A stretch of 64,000 nt of DNA, from IMG/VR virus record IMGVR_UViG_3300005573_001166, positions 1 through 64,000 of that record. The stretch is one strand, 5' to 3'. Position numbers and translations under genes: made by a program. This document shows, in pieces, positions 53,031-63,669 of the stretch; positions within the stretch are counted from its first letter, which is position 1, and every line of letters begins with the position of its first letter. Below the pieces are notes generated by a model. That model worked only from the letters and a program-made list of their open reading frames with translations, made no database searches and had not been told where the DNA came from. This DNA is from a virus.

Positions 53031-56000
53031 ATGCTGTCCAATCCTGTGAAAATGCAGTGGGATTATAATGAATGGATGCAGCTTGTTAATTTTCTCAGGC
53101 CTCTTAGAAAGGCGGGAATAAGCCAGGTTTTTGATAAAGAGGATCCTTTAGTTAGCCTACTGCAAGAATATAAAAGAACTAATAAAATGAAAACTGCAGG
53201 TTCTTATGAGGACTTACTAGCTGCTGTAGAAGGAAAACTACTTATTGCGTCCATTAAAATAGACGGTGTATTGACTTGTATAGGTTACAAAGATGGAAAG
53301 GCTAAATTAGTAACATTGGAAGGTAGGATTATTACTGATTTGCCTGTTACAGATGAAATAGAACATATTTTAGAAGGAAAAGAAGAAACTATTTTTATAG
53401 GCGAGTTGTATGGGGTTGATTTGGCAGGTAAAGAACTTCCTTTTAACAAAACACTTTCGCTTGTACGAAAACCTGAGAGTGAAGCAGATGAAAAAAGAAT
53501 AAGGGTGGCTGTTTTTGATGTTCTTAAATACGATGGTAAGGATGTATCCCAACTTCCCTACGCACAAAGGTGTCCTATTATAGAAGATGTGTTTGGTTCA
53601 GGTGCGTATATTACTCCTGTTTATACTAAAGAAGGGGACGAGAGTACGGTTGCAGCGTTGTGGAAGCAAAAAGTACTTAAAGAAGGAAGAGAAGGGATTG
53701 TTGTCAGAACGGACGGAACTTATAAACTTAAACCTGTACAAACAGCCGATTTAGCTGTAATAGGGATGGAAATATCAGATAGGCACCCGAATTGGGCAGG
53801 AGCTTTGTTATTAGCAGCTGTAGATAACGATGGTATCTTTTTAGATGCAGGTAAAGTAGGAACCGGCTTAACTCTAAAAGACAGAAGAGACTGGTTTAAA
53901 AAGATAATGGATAAAAAGGTAGTACAAATAGGTAACAAGGTTTTTGTAGACCCCTATGCTTTTGATACCGTAGTCGAGGTAAAATATAAAGGGGTTAACT
54001 TGGAAGGAAGGAATGCTTGGGAGTTTACAGCAGGTAAGCTTGTACCTATAGGTAAAAGGCGTTTTACGGCTTTAAGGCATCCAAGCCTGGTAAGGGTTAG
54101 AGAAGATAAGCATGTAGAGCATTCAGACGTATCCGATGAGCAGATACCTGAAGTGCGTAAGGGATCCCTTACAAGAAAAGCATACGTACCTACCAAAAAA
54201 GAGAGATTGCGTAATAGAGTATACGAGGGCTCTATAGTAGCAGAAGATTATGGCAAGCAGCTTGCTGATTTTACATTAAAGAGGATAGCTTTAGAAGAGG
54301 CGCAGTTAAATGAGGGAACTTTAGATATAATATGGAGTAAATATAACGTACCTCTTAATTATTACGTAACTACAAAGACAAGGGACAAAAACTACTTTCC
54401 TTCTACCTTAGACCAAAATACGTTCTCAGAACTTGCTCCAATAGCCAGAGACGCTTATGCAAGATATCTAAGATTCGGAACAAAGTTAACAGACTATGAT
54501 AAAAAGTTAGCTAAGGAGTTAAGTAAGTATGTTAATATACCCCACCAAGACGATGTCGATGAGTCATATTATTTTGCAGTGCTCAATGCTTGGAACAAAA
54601 AGTATATAAATCCTTTAATGAGTTATACTATTTGGGAGTACTGGGATGAAGCATCCTCTATACCTGTTTCCACTTCACCTCAAGAGTATATAGAGCAAAT
54701 GAAAAATAATTTGGCACTTTCAGAGAAACTAGATGATATAAATAATTCGCAGGCTTTATGGGAACAGCAATTTGCTACTGTTAAAAAAGTAGAGGATGAC
54801 CGAGGGGAGTTAGTGTATGAAACTACAACTCCTAATAACGTGTCTACTGTATATGGATATCTAGCTCCTCAAAGAAGATTCAGGATTCTGTTGTACTACC
54901 TAACTAATACCCAGAGGCCAAACGCTGTCGTTATGGCGGGGTACCTACATACGTTAAAAAGTATGGGTGTTCTTATACCCGAGAACACAGAGTTGCCTGT
55001 TCCTGTAGAAGTAGCAGACAAAGAAGTAAAAACTTTTGAGGAATTAGTAGACGTGGTAGTGGATAGAGGCATACTTTCCAATCAAGAAAGAACAGATCTC
55101 CTAGCTCTATATCAAAGTTTAGACAAAAGAGAAGAAGATGCATTAGACTTTGAAAAAGCGCTTGTACCTTATGTTAGAACGGTTATTACGGAAGAAGATG
55201 AGATAGAGACTGAAATGGCATCTGTAGAACCTGTAGAAGTTACTCCTGAAACAGAAGCAAGAGATCTAGTAAGAACGTACTGGCAAATGAGTGAATTTGG
55301 TAGTCCTCTTCTTATTACTATTGGCTCGGAGTCTCCTATATTAGAATTGGATACTCCAGTTGTTTTTAATAGAAAGAAAAGAGGAAATTTTGCAGAGTTA
55401 GCTAATGCCCTCGTTTTTACAGATAGGTTGCATAGAAACATGGGCAACATTATACTTATAAACCCTCTACTAGGCAGCGATTTCAAAATAGAACCGATCA
55501 CAGAGGAGGGGTTGAGGCAACTTAGCCATGTATATGAAGGAATGTGGTGGGAAACTGAAGGAAAGGAGTTAAAGGGGGTAGGGGATGTTGGAGAGTTTGC
55601 TCGTTATTATTTTGAAGAGGATTTAGGTGCTGTTAAGAACGCGTCGGATATGTTAAAGAGTATAGAGGAATATATACAAAACTCTCCTGGAACTGTATTG
55701 GTCTATTATAAGGAGTCAGGTGTGTTAGATAGGGTTGACACTTTTACAGGTGCTTTAAGTGTACTAGCTGCCGACTACCCAGGAGTTTATTTTGCAAGGA
55801 CGCCTGAGTTAACTACAGAGTATGTTGTGTATGCCAATTTACCTTCTCCAATAGAAGAACAAATACTTGAAGGAAGGGGCGTTCCCAACCTTTCCGAAGT
55901 ACAACAAGCTTTGAGCATTGCAACCCCTTTACAGATAGAAGAGGTACCTGAAGAGCCTGAACAACCTACTCCTGAACAACCTACTCCTGAACAACCTACT

Positions 56001-58421
56001 CCTGAACAACCTACTTCTGAACAACCTACTCCTGAAGAGCCTGAAGAAAAGTTGGGTATGAGGCTACCAGACAACGAGTCAGATTTTCTTAAACTTCTCT
56101 ATGCTTTAGATATACCAAAGTTGTACGAAGAAGAGGAAGGCATACCCCCAGAGGAAAAACAGTTGGAAGATGTACCTGAACCTGAAATACATGAACAACC
56201 TGCTCCTGAGGTGCCTACACAACCTGAACTTGAGCCTCAGATGTTCGAGCCTAACGAATTTCCTGAAGGGGCGATACATATACCGGACTCTTTAGATAGA
56301 GAAAAGGTATTGGCGGATGAGGAGGTAGAAAATTTGGAAGGTAGTCTTCCAGGTTACCTAGATGCTTTATTCGCTCATCCGGAATACAGGTTTGAAGTTG
56401 AAGGTAAAAGGGTATGGGATCTTACTATAAAGCTCAGATCTTATAATGTAAGTAGAAAAGAATATATAAAGAGTGTAGTATACTCTATTTTAGAGGAGAG
56501 GGCTCCAGGTCAGGACTTTAATATTCGCATATTACCAAAAGACATAGACGATCAGTTAGCTTCTGATGAGAAAGCTGTTACACCTGTTTTTGTAGCAACG
56601 GTGCCTCCAAAGAAAGAAAAAGAGGAAGCGGAACCTCCTGTTTTTCCTTCAGTATCAGAATCAGAGTTTCTCAGTAATGTAACTGCCTCTACACTTACAG
56701 AGGTATTAAGTAGTATACTTACTGCTTTAAATATACCTGTAACTATTTCTCCCACTATAATTGCTCCACCAGACGAAATTGTAAGCAACCGTTTTACGGC
56801 TATTTCAAATATAATGAGAGATCTATTTGAAAAAGAGCCTGATTTGTATAGCATAGTAGTCGACCTAACTGCAGAAAAGTTTGGGTTGACAGGCGAGGAG
56901 GTAGACGAGTACATTCGCAACCTCCTTAACATAAAGGTACTTACACTAGTACCCAGAGATCTTGTACCTGAAGATGCAGATCATACAGGGGAAGAAGGTA
57001 CTTTTCTTCCAAAAGTTTACCTTTCAGATACAGCCTCAGAGTTGTTAGCAACCAGGCGTAGAATAGATAATATGAAAGATGCTTTAAATGATGCGATAGG
57101 GAAGGCAGAGGGGCAGAAAATAACTATATCTTTACCTTATTACGATAGAGATATATACGAAGCAGCGCTCAAAGAGGTTCAGATACCGAAGGGCGTAACT
57201 ATAGTACCTCAATGGACTAATACAGAAAATGATTGGCATTTTGAAGTGTCTTATGCAATGCCTAGAGAATTAGGTACAGCTCCTAGAAACTCGATCCCAT
57301 CTCGCAGATTTTTCAAGATCATACCTGAAGTAGAGGAGGTAGAGTTTCCTATCGATGCTTTAGTAAAGACTATACAAAAAACCGACAAGCGGCCTTTACT
57401 TATTTATGTAAATCAAGCCGATTATGAAGCAGTTAGAGACATGTCGAATCAAGTAGGAGAGTTAGCGAACGATCCTGGCATATTTATAGCGATGGATAAT
57501 TCAATAGATCCTATAGACAATAATAGAAGGTTTGAGGTTAAAGTGCTTCCTAAGAGTACATCTTTATACTTTCCATATAAAAATGCATGGGAACCAACAG
57601 ACGTCTCTATACAGGATAAACTGGAAGAGCAATATGATCGTAATGTACAACGTTTACACGAAATAGAAGGACAGCAAACGCCCGCTCTTGTTAATATGCT
57701 GTCGACAGAAAAGGTAATGGATCTAAATAAGGCCGTAACAGGACCTATAGCGTCGTTTAAAGGTTATAGTAGACAGATTCCTTTAAACTTACAAATGACT
57801 TTTAATAACAACGGTATAGAAATCTCGCCTTTTGCTAAGCTATACCGTTTAGAGGAAAACGTTTACTATGTTACTGATCCAGCTTTAATAAGGGAAAAGG
57901 AAGGAGAGGCTTTTATAATTAAGGTAGATCCTAACTCTAAAACATCAGAAGTTTACAAAGCATCAGATGAATTTACCTCATTTACAGATGTATACAAATT
58001 TCGTCAGGGCATGCAGGAAGCATATAACTACTGTACATCTAGTACTCCATCTCCTGAACAAGTTGTACGTTATTGGTTGCAGGAAGAGGTACATAAAGCA
58101 TCATATCCGGAGCAACTCGGCTGGCTAAGAATGATGCATTTATTTGGCTTTCCTGTTAAATACAGAGTTAAGGGCATTCGTCCTTCTTCAACATCTTACA
58201 AAGCGTTAGGAATATCTGATGCGGTTTCTTTTATGTCTCGATATACTGCAGGTGTGCAACCTAATGCAGAAGAAATAAAAGCTCAAATTGCAACGTTACA
58301 AGAAGACATACCTGAAGAACTTCGCAGTGTATACGAGACAGGCTGGGTAGAGGGTTTAATGCAGTATGGTTATCCTGTAGATGATCTAGGTGTAAAAGGA
58401 TTCCCTATATTATCGCTTTAA
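53031..58421 (+). CDS. giant (1796 aa) protein with an N-terminal ATP-dependent DNA ligase module (about 53199-54182)
   Basis: Motif I KIDG (Lys codon at 53256), III FIGELY, IIIa VFDVL, IV EGIVVR, V YKLKP; OB fold GKVGTG, VVEVKY, LRHP..VRVREDK. Remainder acidic and unassigned. Confidence 0.88.
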   Translation: MLSNPVKMQWDYNEWMQLVNFLRPLRKAGISQVFDKEDPLVSLLQEYKRTNKMKTAGSYEDLLAAVEGKLLIASIKIDGVLTCIGYKDGKAKLVTLEGRIITDLPVTDEIEHILEGKEETIFIGELYGVDLAGKELPFNKTLSLVRKPESEADEKRIRVAVFDVLKYDGKDVSQLPYAQRCPIIEDVFGSGAYITPVYTKEGDESTVAALWKQKVLKEGREGIVVRTDGTYKLKPVQTADLAVIGMEISDRHPNWAGALLLAAVDNDGIFLDAGKVGTGLTLKDRRDWFKKIMDKKVVQIGNKVFVDPYAFDTVVEVKYKGVNLEGRNAWEFTAGKLVPIGKRRFTALRHPSLVRVREDKHVEHSDVSDEQIPEVRKGSLTRKAYVPTKKERLRNRVYEGSIVAEDYGKQLADFTLKRIALEEAQLNEGTLDIIWSKYNVPLNYYVTTKTRDKNYFPSTLDQNTFSELAPIARDAYARYLRFGTKLTDYDKKLAKELSKYVNIPHQDDVDESYYFAVLNAWNKKYINPLMSYTIWEYWDEASSIPVSTSPQEYIEQMKNNLALSEKLDDINNSQALWEQQFATVKKVEDDRGELVYETTTPNNVSTVYGYLAPQRRFRILLYYLTNTQRPNAVVMAGYLHTLKSMGVLIPENTELPVPVEVADKEVKTFEELVDVVVDRGILSNQERTDLLALYQSLDKREEDALDFEKALVPYVRTVITEEDEIETEMASVEPVEVTPETEARDLVRTYWQMSEFGSPLLITIGSESPILELDTPVVFNRKKRGNFAELANALVFTDRLHRNMGNIILINPLLGSDFKIEPITEEGLRQLSHVYEGMWWETEGKELKGVGDVGEFARYYFEEDLGAVKNASDMLKSIEEYIQNSPGTVLVYYKESGVLDRVDTFTGALSVLAADYPGVYFARTPELTTEYVVYANLPSPIEEQILEGRGVPNLSEVQQALSIATPLQIEEVPEEPEQPTPEQPTPEQPTPEQPTSEQPTPEEPEEKLGMRLPDNESDFLKLLYALDIPKLYEEEEGIPPEEKQLEDVPEPEIHEQPAPEVPTQPELEPQMFEPNEFPEGAIHIPDSLDREKVLADEEVENLEGSLPGYLDALFAHPEYRFEVEGKRVWDLTIKLRSYNVSRKEYIKSVVYSILEERAPGQDFNIRILPKDIDDQLASDEKAVTPVFVATVPPKKEKEEAEPPVFPSVSESEFLSNVTASTLTEVLSSILTALNIPVTISPTIIAPPDEIVSNRFTAISNIMRDLFEKEPDLYSIVVDLTAEKFGLTGEEVDEYIRNLLNIKVLTLVPRDLVPEDADHTGEEGTFLPKVYLSDTASELLATRRRIDNMKDALNDAIGKAEGQKITISLPYYDRDIYEAALKEVQIPKGVTIVPQWTNTENDWHFEVSYAMPRELGTAPRNSIPSRRFFKIIPEVEEVEFPIDALVKTIQKTDKRPLLIYVNQADYEAVRDMSNQVGELANDPGIFIAMDNSIDPIDNNRRFEVKVLPKSTSLYFPYKNAWEPTDVSIQDKLEEQYDRNVQRLHEIEGQQTPALVNMLSTEKVMDLNKAVTGPIASFKGYSRQIPLNLQMTFNNNGIEISPFAKLYRLEENVYYVTDPALIREKEGEAFIIKVDPNSKTSEVYKASDEFTSFTDVYKFRQGMQEAYNYCTSSTPSPEQVVRYWLQEEVHKASYPEQLGWLRMMHLFGFPVKYRVKGIRPSSTSYKALGISDAVSFMSRYTAGVQPNAEEIKAQIATLQEDIPEELRSVYETGWVEGLMQYGYPVDDLGVKGFPILSL
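55956..56030 (+). repeat. 15-bp in-frame tandem repeat (PEQPT) x5
   Basis: CCTGAACAACCTACT units. Confidence 0.95.
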
Positions 58422-58437
58422 AAAAGCCGGAAAGGAC

Positions 58438-61400
58438 TTGCAGAGTAAAATGACTACAGCTGATTTTATACAACTTTTAAGACAAGCAGACGAAAGCAAT
58501 CCTATACAACCCGACGAACCTAATGACGACATATGGGAGGCGATAACCGAGTTTGTTCCTCTGCCTCCTGATGTCATTGAAGGGGCAGGGGCAGACTTAG
58601 TACAGAAGGTTGTATCTGCATATAAACAATTACAAGAGTCAGATTCTCCGGAAAAAGAGAGCTATTTGCAAGAAATATTAAACGATTTCTTAAATCAATA
58701 CCAAGAGTTACCCCCCGATCAACAGCAAATTGCAGAAGATGTACTAAAAGAATATCAGGGTGACTATCCTGAGATCGTCCCTGCTTTCAATCAAGCTCTT
58801 ACTGATTTTATAAAGCAGATGCAGCCGATAGAGCAACCAGTACAGCCGGTGCAGCAAGTACAGCAAGTACAGCAAGAACAGCCTATACAACCTGAGATGC
58901 CTGCTGTAGTAAGAACTTACAGTACTAACATTTTAAATGCATTAAGTCAGTTAGAGGAGAAGAATCCTGAACAAATTAGAGACATTCTGGCTAACAAGCT
59001 CAACGATATCTTCAATCATGCTCTTAGAGAGGAAGAGAGGCAAGAGTACTTCCAAATCTATACAGACATAATGAACAATGTATTAGCCAACTTTCCTGAT
59101 TTACAGAATCAAGTGGACGTGGGTCAAATATGGAATGGGGAGTTGGAAGTCAGAGAGAAGGGCTTGCAATTAGCAGGAGATTTGGCCGCTTCTTTAAAAG
59201 AGGGATTGAAAGCAGGAGGCACAGCGTACGACTTACAATCTATTATACTAGATAAGCTGATGCCTTTAATAGAGGAGTACAGTAAAGGCGATGAAAAGCA
59301 AAAGCGTGAGATATTATCGGCATATAATGCACTACGTTATGCCTTTCCTTCTGTTTACGGCGATGCTGTAACAGCTAAAACACTCACATCTGTTATTGAA
59401 AACATTTGGAAAGAAGGGCAAGAATGGTTATCTCCTACCCCTTGGGTGAACATTATAAAATCGCAAATAGGGGCGGAGGATCTTGTAAACTATGATAGAA
59501 TAGTAAACATATTTGAACGAAATGCAACCAGATTCCTAAAAAGTAATTTACCCTTTCTACGTACCCCTGAACAGCGTAAAGCTTTTATAGACTCTTTTTT
59601 AAACAGTGTCAGTACTACTCCGTATATAAGAGATCTAGTTAAAGAGGAGTTATATGATTGGTTGGATGATTTAGAAAGAGAAAAACCTGAACCTGGAACA
59701 CCTGAATACGATGCTGCTGAAGGTTTAGGAGGATTAAAGCAAGATGCTTTAGGTAGGGCCTCAGAGTACACAGCCATACCTGCTAGATTCGATAAAGCAT
59801 TTATTTCATTTTTAAGTCAGTTGCCTAGGCAAGTTGATGTAGATACAGCAGCTAACGAGTACAAAGAAAGGTGGCTTTCTGCGTTAGAGGAGGCTATACC
59901 TACTGAAAACACGACAGCTGCTACCTACAATAAAGCAGTTTTGAATTGGTTACAGAAACAGATAGACAATGTTTATAATAAGCGCCTTTCAGAATACAAA
60001 CAGAGGCCTGAAACAGTAACTCCTGCTTGGTATGGTGCTTTAGCTGTAGGCAGTTTCGAGAAAGATGCTTTTGGAGACGTAACTACAAAACCTGAGGTTG
60101 TTGCAGATAGGTTTGAAAAAGGATTGACTGCTTATTGGAACGAGTTTACTAGAGAGCAAAGAGATGAATACTATAATGCTTTTGTAAATCAGTTGAAAAG
60201 TGAATTAGGAGAGGCAGCACAAGGTTACGTTAAAGAGGTAGACAAAAGGTATGAAGAGTTAAAACGGAGTAAAGGTACGGGAAAAGTTATAGGTCCTACC
60301 GATCCGACTATAAGAGCGATTGAGGGTTACATAGATAAGGGAAACTTTCCCGGATTAGCAAGTTTTTGGATCCGCTATGATGCTTCTAATGCATCTCCTC
60401 AAGAGAAACAACAAGTTTGGGATACTATTGTAGGGCACTCATTAGTAGATAGTATAAATACTAATATGGAGGCTCTAATGAATCAGTTAGATGCGGGAGA
60501 AGTCCCTGACGAGATAAAAGACATTATAAACACGAATGCAGTAAAAGTAGATGATGCACAGGTTGTTGGTAAAGAGGGCAACCAGTGGAAAGTATTAGTT
60601 AAATCAGGAGACAGTGAGTATCTTTTTAATATAAGGTTTGAGCTCTACAAAGGAAACGAGCAGATAGGAATACATTATAGTGATATAGATACTGCTGATT
60701 TTGTTAGAAGGGAATATTATAGAAATAAAGTTGTAAACAAAGTATTTAGTGAATTAGCAGATAAAGACCCCGAAACTTGGCAGGGGGAAGATTGGTATGC
60801 TTTTGGTGATCAGTTAGTAGGTTTAATTAAGAAAAGCTACGAAGGTTCTAAAAAGTCAGAAGACTTTATAAACAAACTAACTGCTCAACAACTGGTCGCA
60901 CTTACTAGAAACATGCCTAAAGATGCATATACAACTTTTGTAGGTTATCTACCTCCAGAGATAGCTGCTTATATGCCTTATAGATCTAGTACTTTAACAT
61001 CTTTACTTTTCGAGTGGTTGGATAGGAAAGGTACAGCCGCCTCTAGAGCAGAGATAGAGAAGAGAATGAGAGCAGGTACTACGCCAACTCCGCCTCCTTC
61101 CACACAACCTCCTCCTACAGCAGGTACTCCACCTTCTACACAACCTCCTGCAACAGGTACTCCACCTTCTACACAACCTCCTGCAACAGGTACTCCACCT
61201 TCTACACAACCTCCTGTAAAAGGTACTATAGAAGTTAAGTATGATGATGAAAAAGGGTACGTTCTTGATTTAAGCAAAAAGGACGAGCTTATACTGAAAG
61301 ACGGTAGGACGGTTACTCCTCTTTCTACTTATGTAGATCCTCTCGGGTTTTTATTGGTAGCAGATGAAAACGGTAATAGGGATGTTATAAATTTGAAAGA

Positions 61401-63669
61401 TATTGAACATGTCTTGAAAAAAGGGAAGAGGTACTACTCCTTAGAGATGCCACAGACTCTTCCTGACTACGTAACATCAGCTAAAAATGTACTAAGTAAT
61501 CCGGAGGAGTTCAGTAGGTTTGATCCTGACACTCAGAACCAAATAATAGATATATTAATTGATAATATCGCTTTAAAACTGTTTTCGAAGTTAAATGTTG
61601 ACGAATTAAAAGGATTAAGAGACATGTATAAAAACCGAAACTGGACGGGCTTTTATGATTTCTTTGATAGTAAAATAAACGAGGTTGTTAAAAGGGATCC
61701 TGAATATGCTGAATTAGATAAGTTGCTAAAGGGGTTGCCTATATTCCCTTCAGATATCGGCGATCGAGTAGTTGAGTATATAAAGAAGATGGGTATACCT
61801 AAGAAAGGGAGTATCGTTACAGCTCAAGAGTACTACTCGTCTTATCCTGAAGGCATGGGAGCAGAGCTTTCACCTAACATATTTACTTCTAGGTCTCCTG
61901 TGTTGTTTCCTTACAAAGCAGGGGAGGAATGTACGTTAGAGGAGTTGGACTTTCCGATTGTAGCTCATTACTTAAATCAAGTTGCTTCTGATAACTATGG
62001 TATAGAAAACTTTACTCAAAAAGTTTCTGAAGGGGAGAATCGTAAAACCATTTGCTTTGTATACAATTCAACCTTTCCGCACGCTAAATGGGTAGATGAT
62101 CAGCATTTACATGTTAACTTATATCGTGTTAAAGACTTAGCTGATTTATTAGGAGTATTGGTACACGAGTTTAGGCATGTACTTACTGTAATGACAAATG
62201 AACCCTCTTCCGACTTACAAGAAAGAGTAAATGCATCTCCTTCCGAGTATGTAAAGCTGCCTGAGGAAAATATTGCTTTTCCAGAGATGATATCTTTTAT
62301 GCTTTATACTTTAAGACTGCCAAAAGATGTGGTAAGGGATAAGATTATATCGATTATAGGAGAGGAGAACACGTATAAAGTAGATGAGTGGTTTAAGCAA
62401 TTAGGAATAGAGAAAAGTGCTGGATTTCCCAGTCACCCTAAGAATATCGTAATACCGAGAAATGAGTATTACCCTAAAGGTTTAACAGAGGAAGACGTTT
62501 GGAATTATTACAACAGTGTTAGAAATAAGATACTTCCTTATCTAAAGGGCCAGCCCGTAATGCTTGTACTAAATGCAGATGGAGAAGTTTACAAGAGGCA
62601 TGATAAAGATCCCGAGTCTTTTATAGATATAAATACTGAGAAGGAGTTCGACCGATTTAATAACGGTAGGGTTTTGGAGTTTCATAAGGTATTAGAGGAT
62701 ACTTCAAACTATGGTTTTGTAGATGTTGATCCTAGAGAAGACGTTCCTTTTGACAAAGTAAAAGAAGTAACAGGAATGCTTTACGACTTACTTTCGTCAC
62801 TACCTGAAGTCGAAGAGGTAGATTTAATATACTCAGGCGGTAGGGGTTTCCATCTGTACCCTAAATATAGGAGCTACAAAGACGTCGATGGGTTAAGGAG
62901 AGAGTTAAGAGACATACTTGAAGCTTTTGCAAACAGCGTGGACGCTAACTTAACTACCCACCGAACCACCAGTAGCGATCAAATAAGGTTGGATGTATCT
63001 ACTTTAAAGAGTACAGGCTCACTTAGGGCAGTATATTCGTTAAACGGGAGAACAGGTTTGAGGTGCATACCTGTCTCCAGAAGAGATTTAGATGACTTCG
63101 AGAAAGAGGATGCTAAAATAAAGACGGGTATAAAGACAGCCCAGGATACAGGTCAAGGGGTTTTTGTACCTACTACCTCTGAGAGTTTAGGAGAATATAC
63201 TTCCTCTATACAAGAGGTCTTACTTATGGCTATATCAGATGAGTGCCATGCTATAGCAACTTACAGTGCTATGATAGATGCATTACCTGAGGACGATACT
63301 AACAGGTCTATTTTAGAAGAGCTTAAGTTTGATGAACAAGTTCACGAACGAGTTCTATTAAGGATGTTAGGACGTGAGTTGCCGATAAAAGAGACTCCTA
63401 TAGCAGAAGAAACTTTGCCTCCTGTTCGGTTTAGACCTGACTACAATGATTTAGAGGAAAGAGGTAAGTTCTTTGCCAAGTTTATAGACCTTGTATCTGT
63501 AGCAATAGCAGACGAGAGGCATGCTATATCATTCTACGATACTATATTGGACGGTATGAATGTAACAGATCCGAATTATAGAGTCATAGAGAAGATAATG
63601 AGGGATGAACAGGATCATGAGAGAAAACTGCTTAACATGCTAGGAGAGGAAGTTCCCACCTTGGATTAA
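58438..63669 (+). CDS. giant (1743 aa) protein: long helical region, HEXXH module, LigD-type primase-polymerase, ferritin/rubrerythrin-like C-terminus
   Basis: HEFRH at 62164. AEP module: LTEEDVWNYY, LPYLKGQPV, LEFH, FVDVDP, SGGRGFH, IRLD, VYSL. Ferritin-like: DE..A..Y and DE..H, twice. Confidence 0.85.
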   Translation: MQSKMTTADFIQLLRQADESNPIQPDEPNDDIWEAITEFVPLPPDVIEGAGADLVQKVVSAYKQLQESDSPEKESYLQEILNDFLNQYQELPPDQQQIAEDVLKEYQGDYPEIVPAFNQALTDFIKQMQPIEQPVQPVQQVQQVQQEQPIQPEMPAVVRTYSTNILNALSQLEEKNPEQIRDILANKLNDIFNHALREEERQEYFQIYTDIMNNVLANFPDLQNQVDVGQIWNGELEVREKGLQLAGDLAASLKEGLKAGGTAYDLQSIILDKLMPLIEEYSKGDEKQKREILSAYNALRYAFPSVYGDAVTAKTLTSVIENIWKEGQEWLSPTPWVNIIKSQIGAEDLVNYDRIVNIFERNATRFLKSNLPFLRTPEQRKAFIDSFLNSVSTTPYIRDLVKEELYDWLDDLEREKPEPGTPEYDAAEGLGGLKQDALGRASEYTAIPARFDKAFISFLSQLPRQVDVDTAANEYKERWLSALEEAIPTENTTAATYNKAVLNWLQKQIDNVYNKRLSEYKQRPETVTPAWYGALAVGSFEKDAFGDVTTKPEVVADRFEKGLTAYWNEFTREQRDEYYNAFVNQLKSELGEAAQGYVKEVDKRYEELKRSKGTGKVIGPTDPTIRAIEGYIDKGNFPGLASFWIRYDASNASPQEKQQVWDTIVGHSLVDSINTNMEALMNQLDAGEVPDEIKDIINTNAVKVDDAQVVGKEGNQWKVLVKSGDSEYLFNIRFELYKGNEQIGIHYSDIDTADFVRREYYRNKVVNKVFSELADKDPETWQGEDWYAFGDQLVGLIKKSYEGSKKSEDFINKLTAQQLVALTRNMPKDAYTTFVGYLPPEIAAYMPYRSSTLTSLLFEWLDRKGTAASRAEIEKRMRAGTTPTPPPSTQPPPTAGTPPSTQPPATGTPPSTQPPATGTPPSTQPPVKGTIEVKYDDEKGYVLDLSKKDELILKDGRTVTPLSTYVDPLGFLLVADENGNRDVINLKDIEHVLKKGKRYYSLEMPQTLPDYVTSAKNVLSNPEEFSRFDPDTQNQIIDILIDNIALKLFSKLNVDELKGLRDMYKNRNWTGFYDFFDSKINEVVKRDPEYAELDKLLKGLPIFPSDIGDRVVEYIKKMGIPKKGSIVTAQEYYSSYPEGMGAELSPNIFTSRSPVLFPYKAGEECTLEELDFPIVAHYLNQVASDNYGIENFTQKVSEGENRKTICFVYNSTFPHAKWVDDQHLHVNLYRVKDLADLLGVLVHEFRHVLTVMTNEPSSDLQERVNASPSEYVKLPEENIAFPEMISFMLYTLRLPKDVVRDKIISIIGEENTYKVDEWFKQLGIEKSAGFPSHPKNIVIPRNEYYPKGLTEEDVWNYYNSVRNKILPYLKGQPVMLVLNADGEVYKRHDKDPESFIDINTEKEFDRFNNGRVLEFHKVLEDTSNYGFVDVDPREDVPFDKVKEVTGMLYDLLSSLPEVEEVDLIYSGGRGFHLYPKYRSYKDVDGLRRELRDILEAFANSVDANLTTHRTTSSDQIRLDVSTLKSTGSLRAVYSLNGRTGLRCIPVSRRDLDDFEKEDAKIKTGIKTAQDTGQGVFVPTTSESLGEYTSSIQEVLLMAISDECHAIATYSAMIDALPEDDTNRSILEELKFDEQVHERVLLRMLGRELPIKETPIAEETLPPVRFRPDYNDLEERGKFFAKFIDLVSVAIADERHAISFYDTILDGMNVTDPNYRVIEKIMRDEQDHERKLLNMLGEEVPTLD
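61072..61215 (+). repeat. 33-bp in-frame tandem repeat (GTPPSTQPPAT), 3-4 copies
   Basis: CAGGTACTCCACCTTCTACACAACCTCCTG units. Confidence 0.9.
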
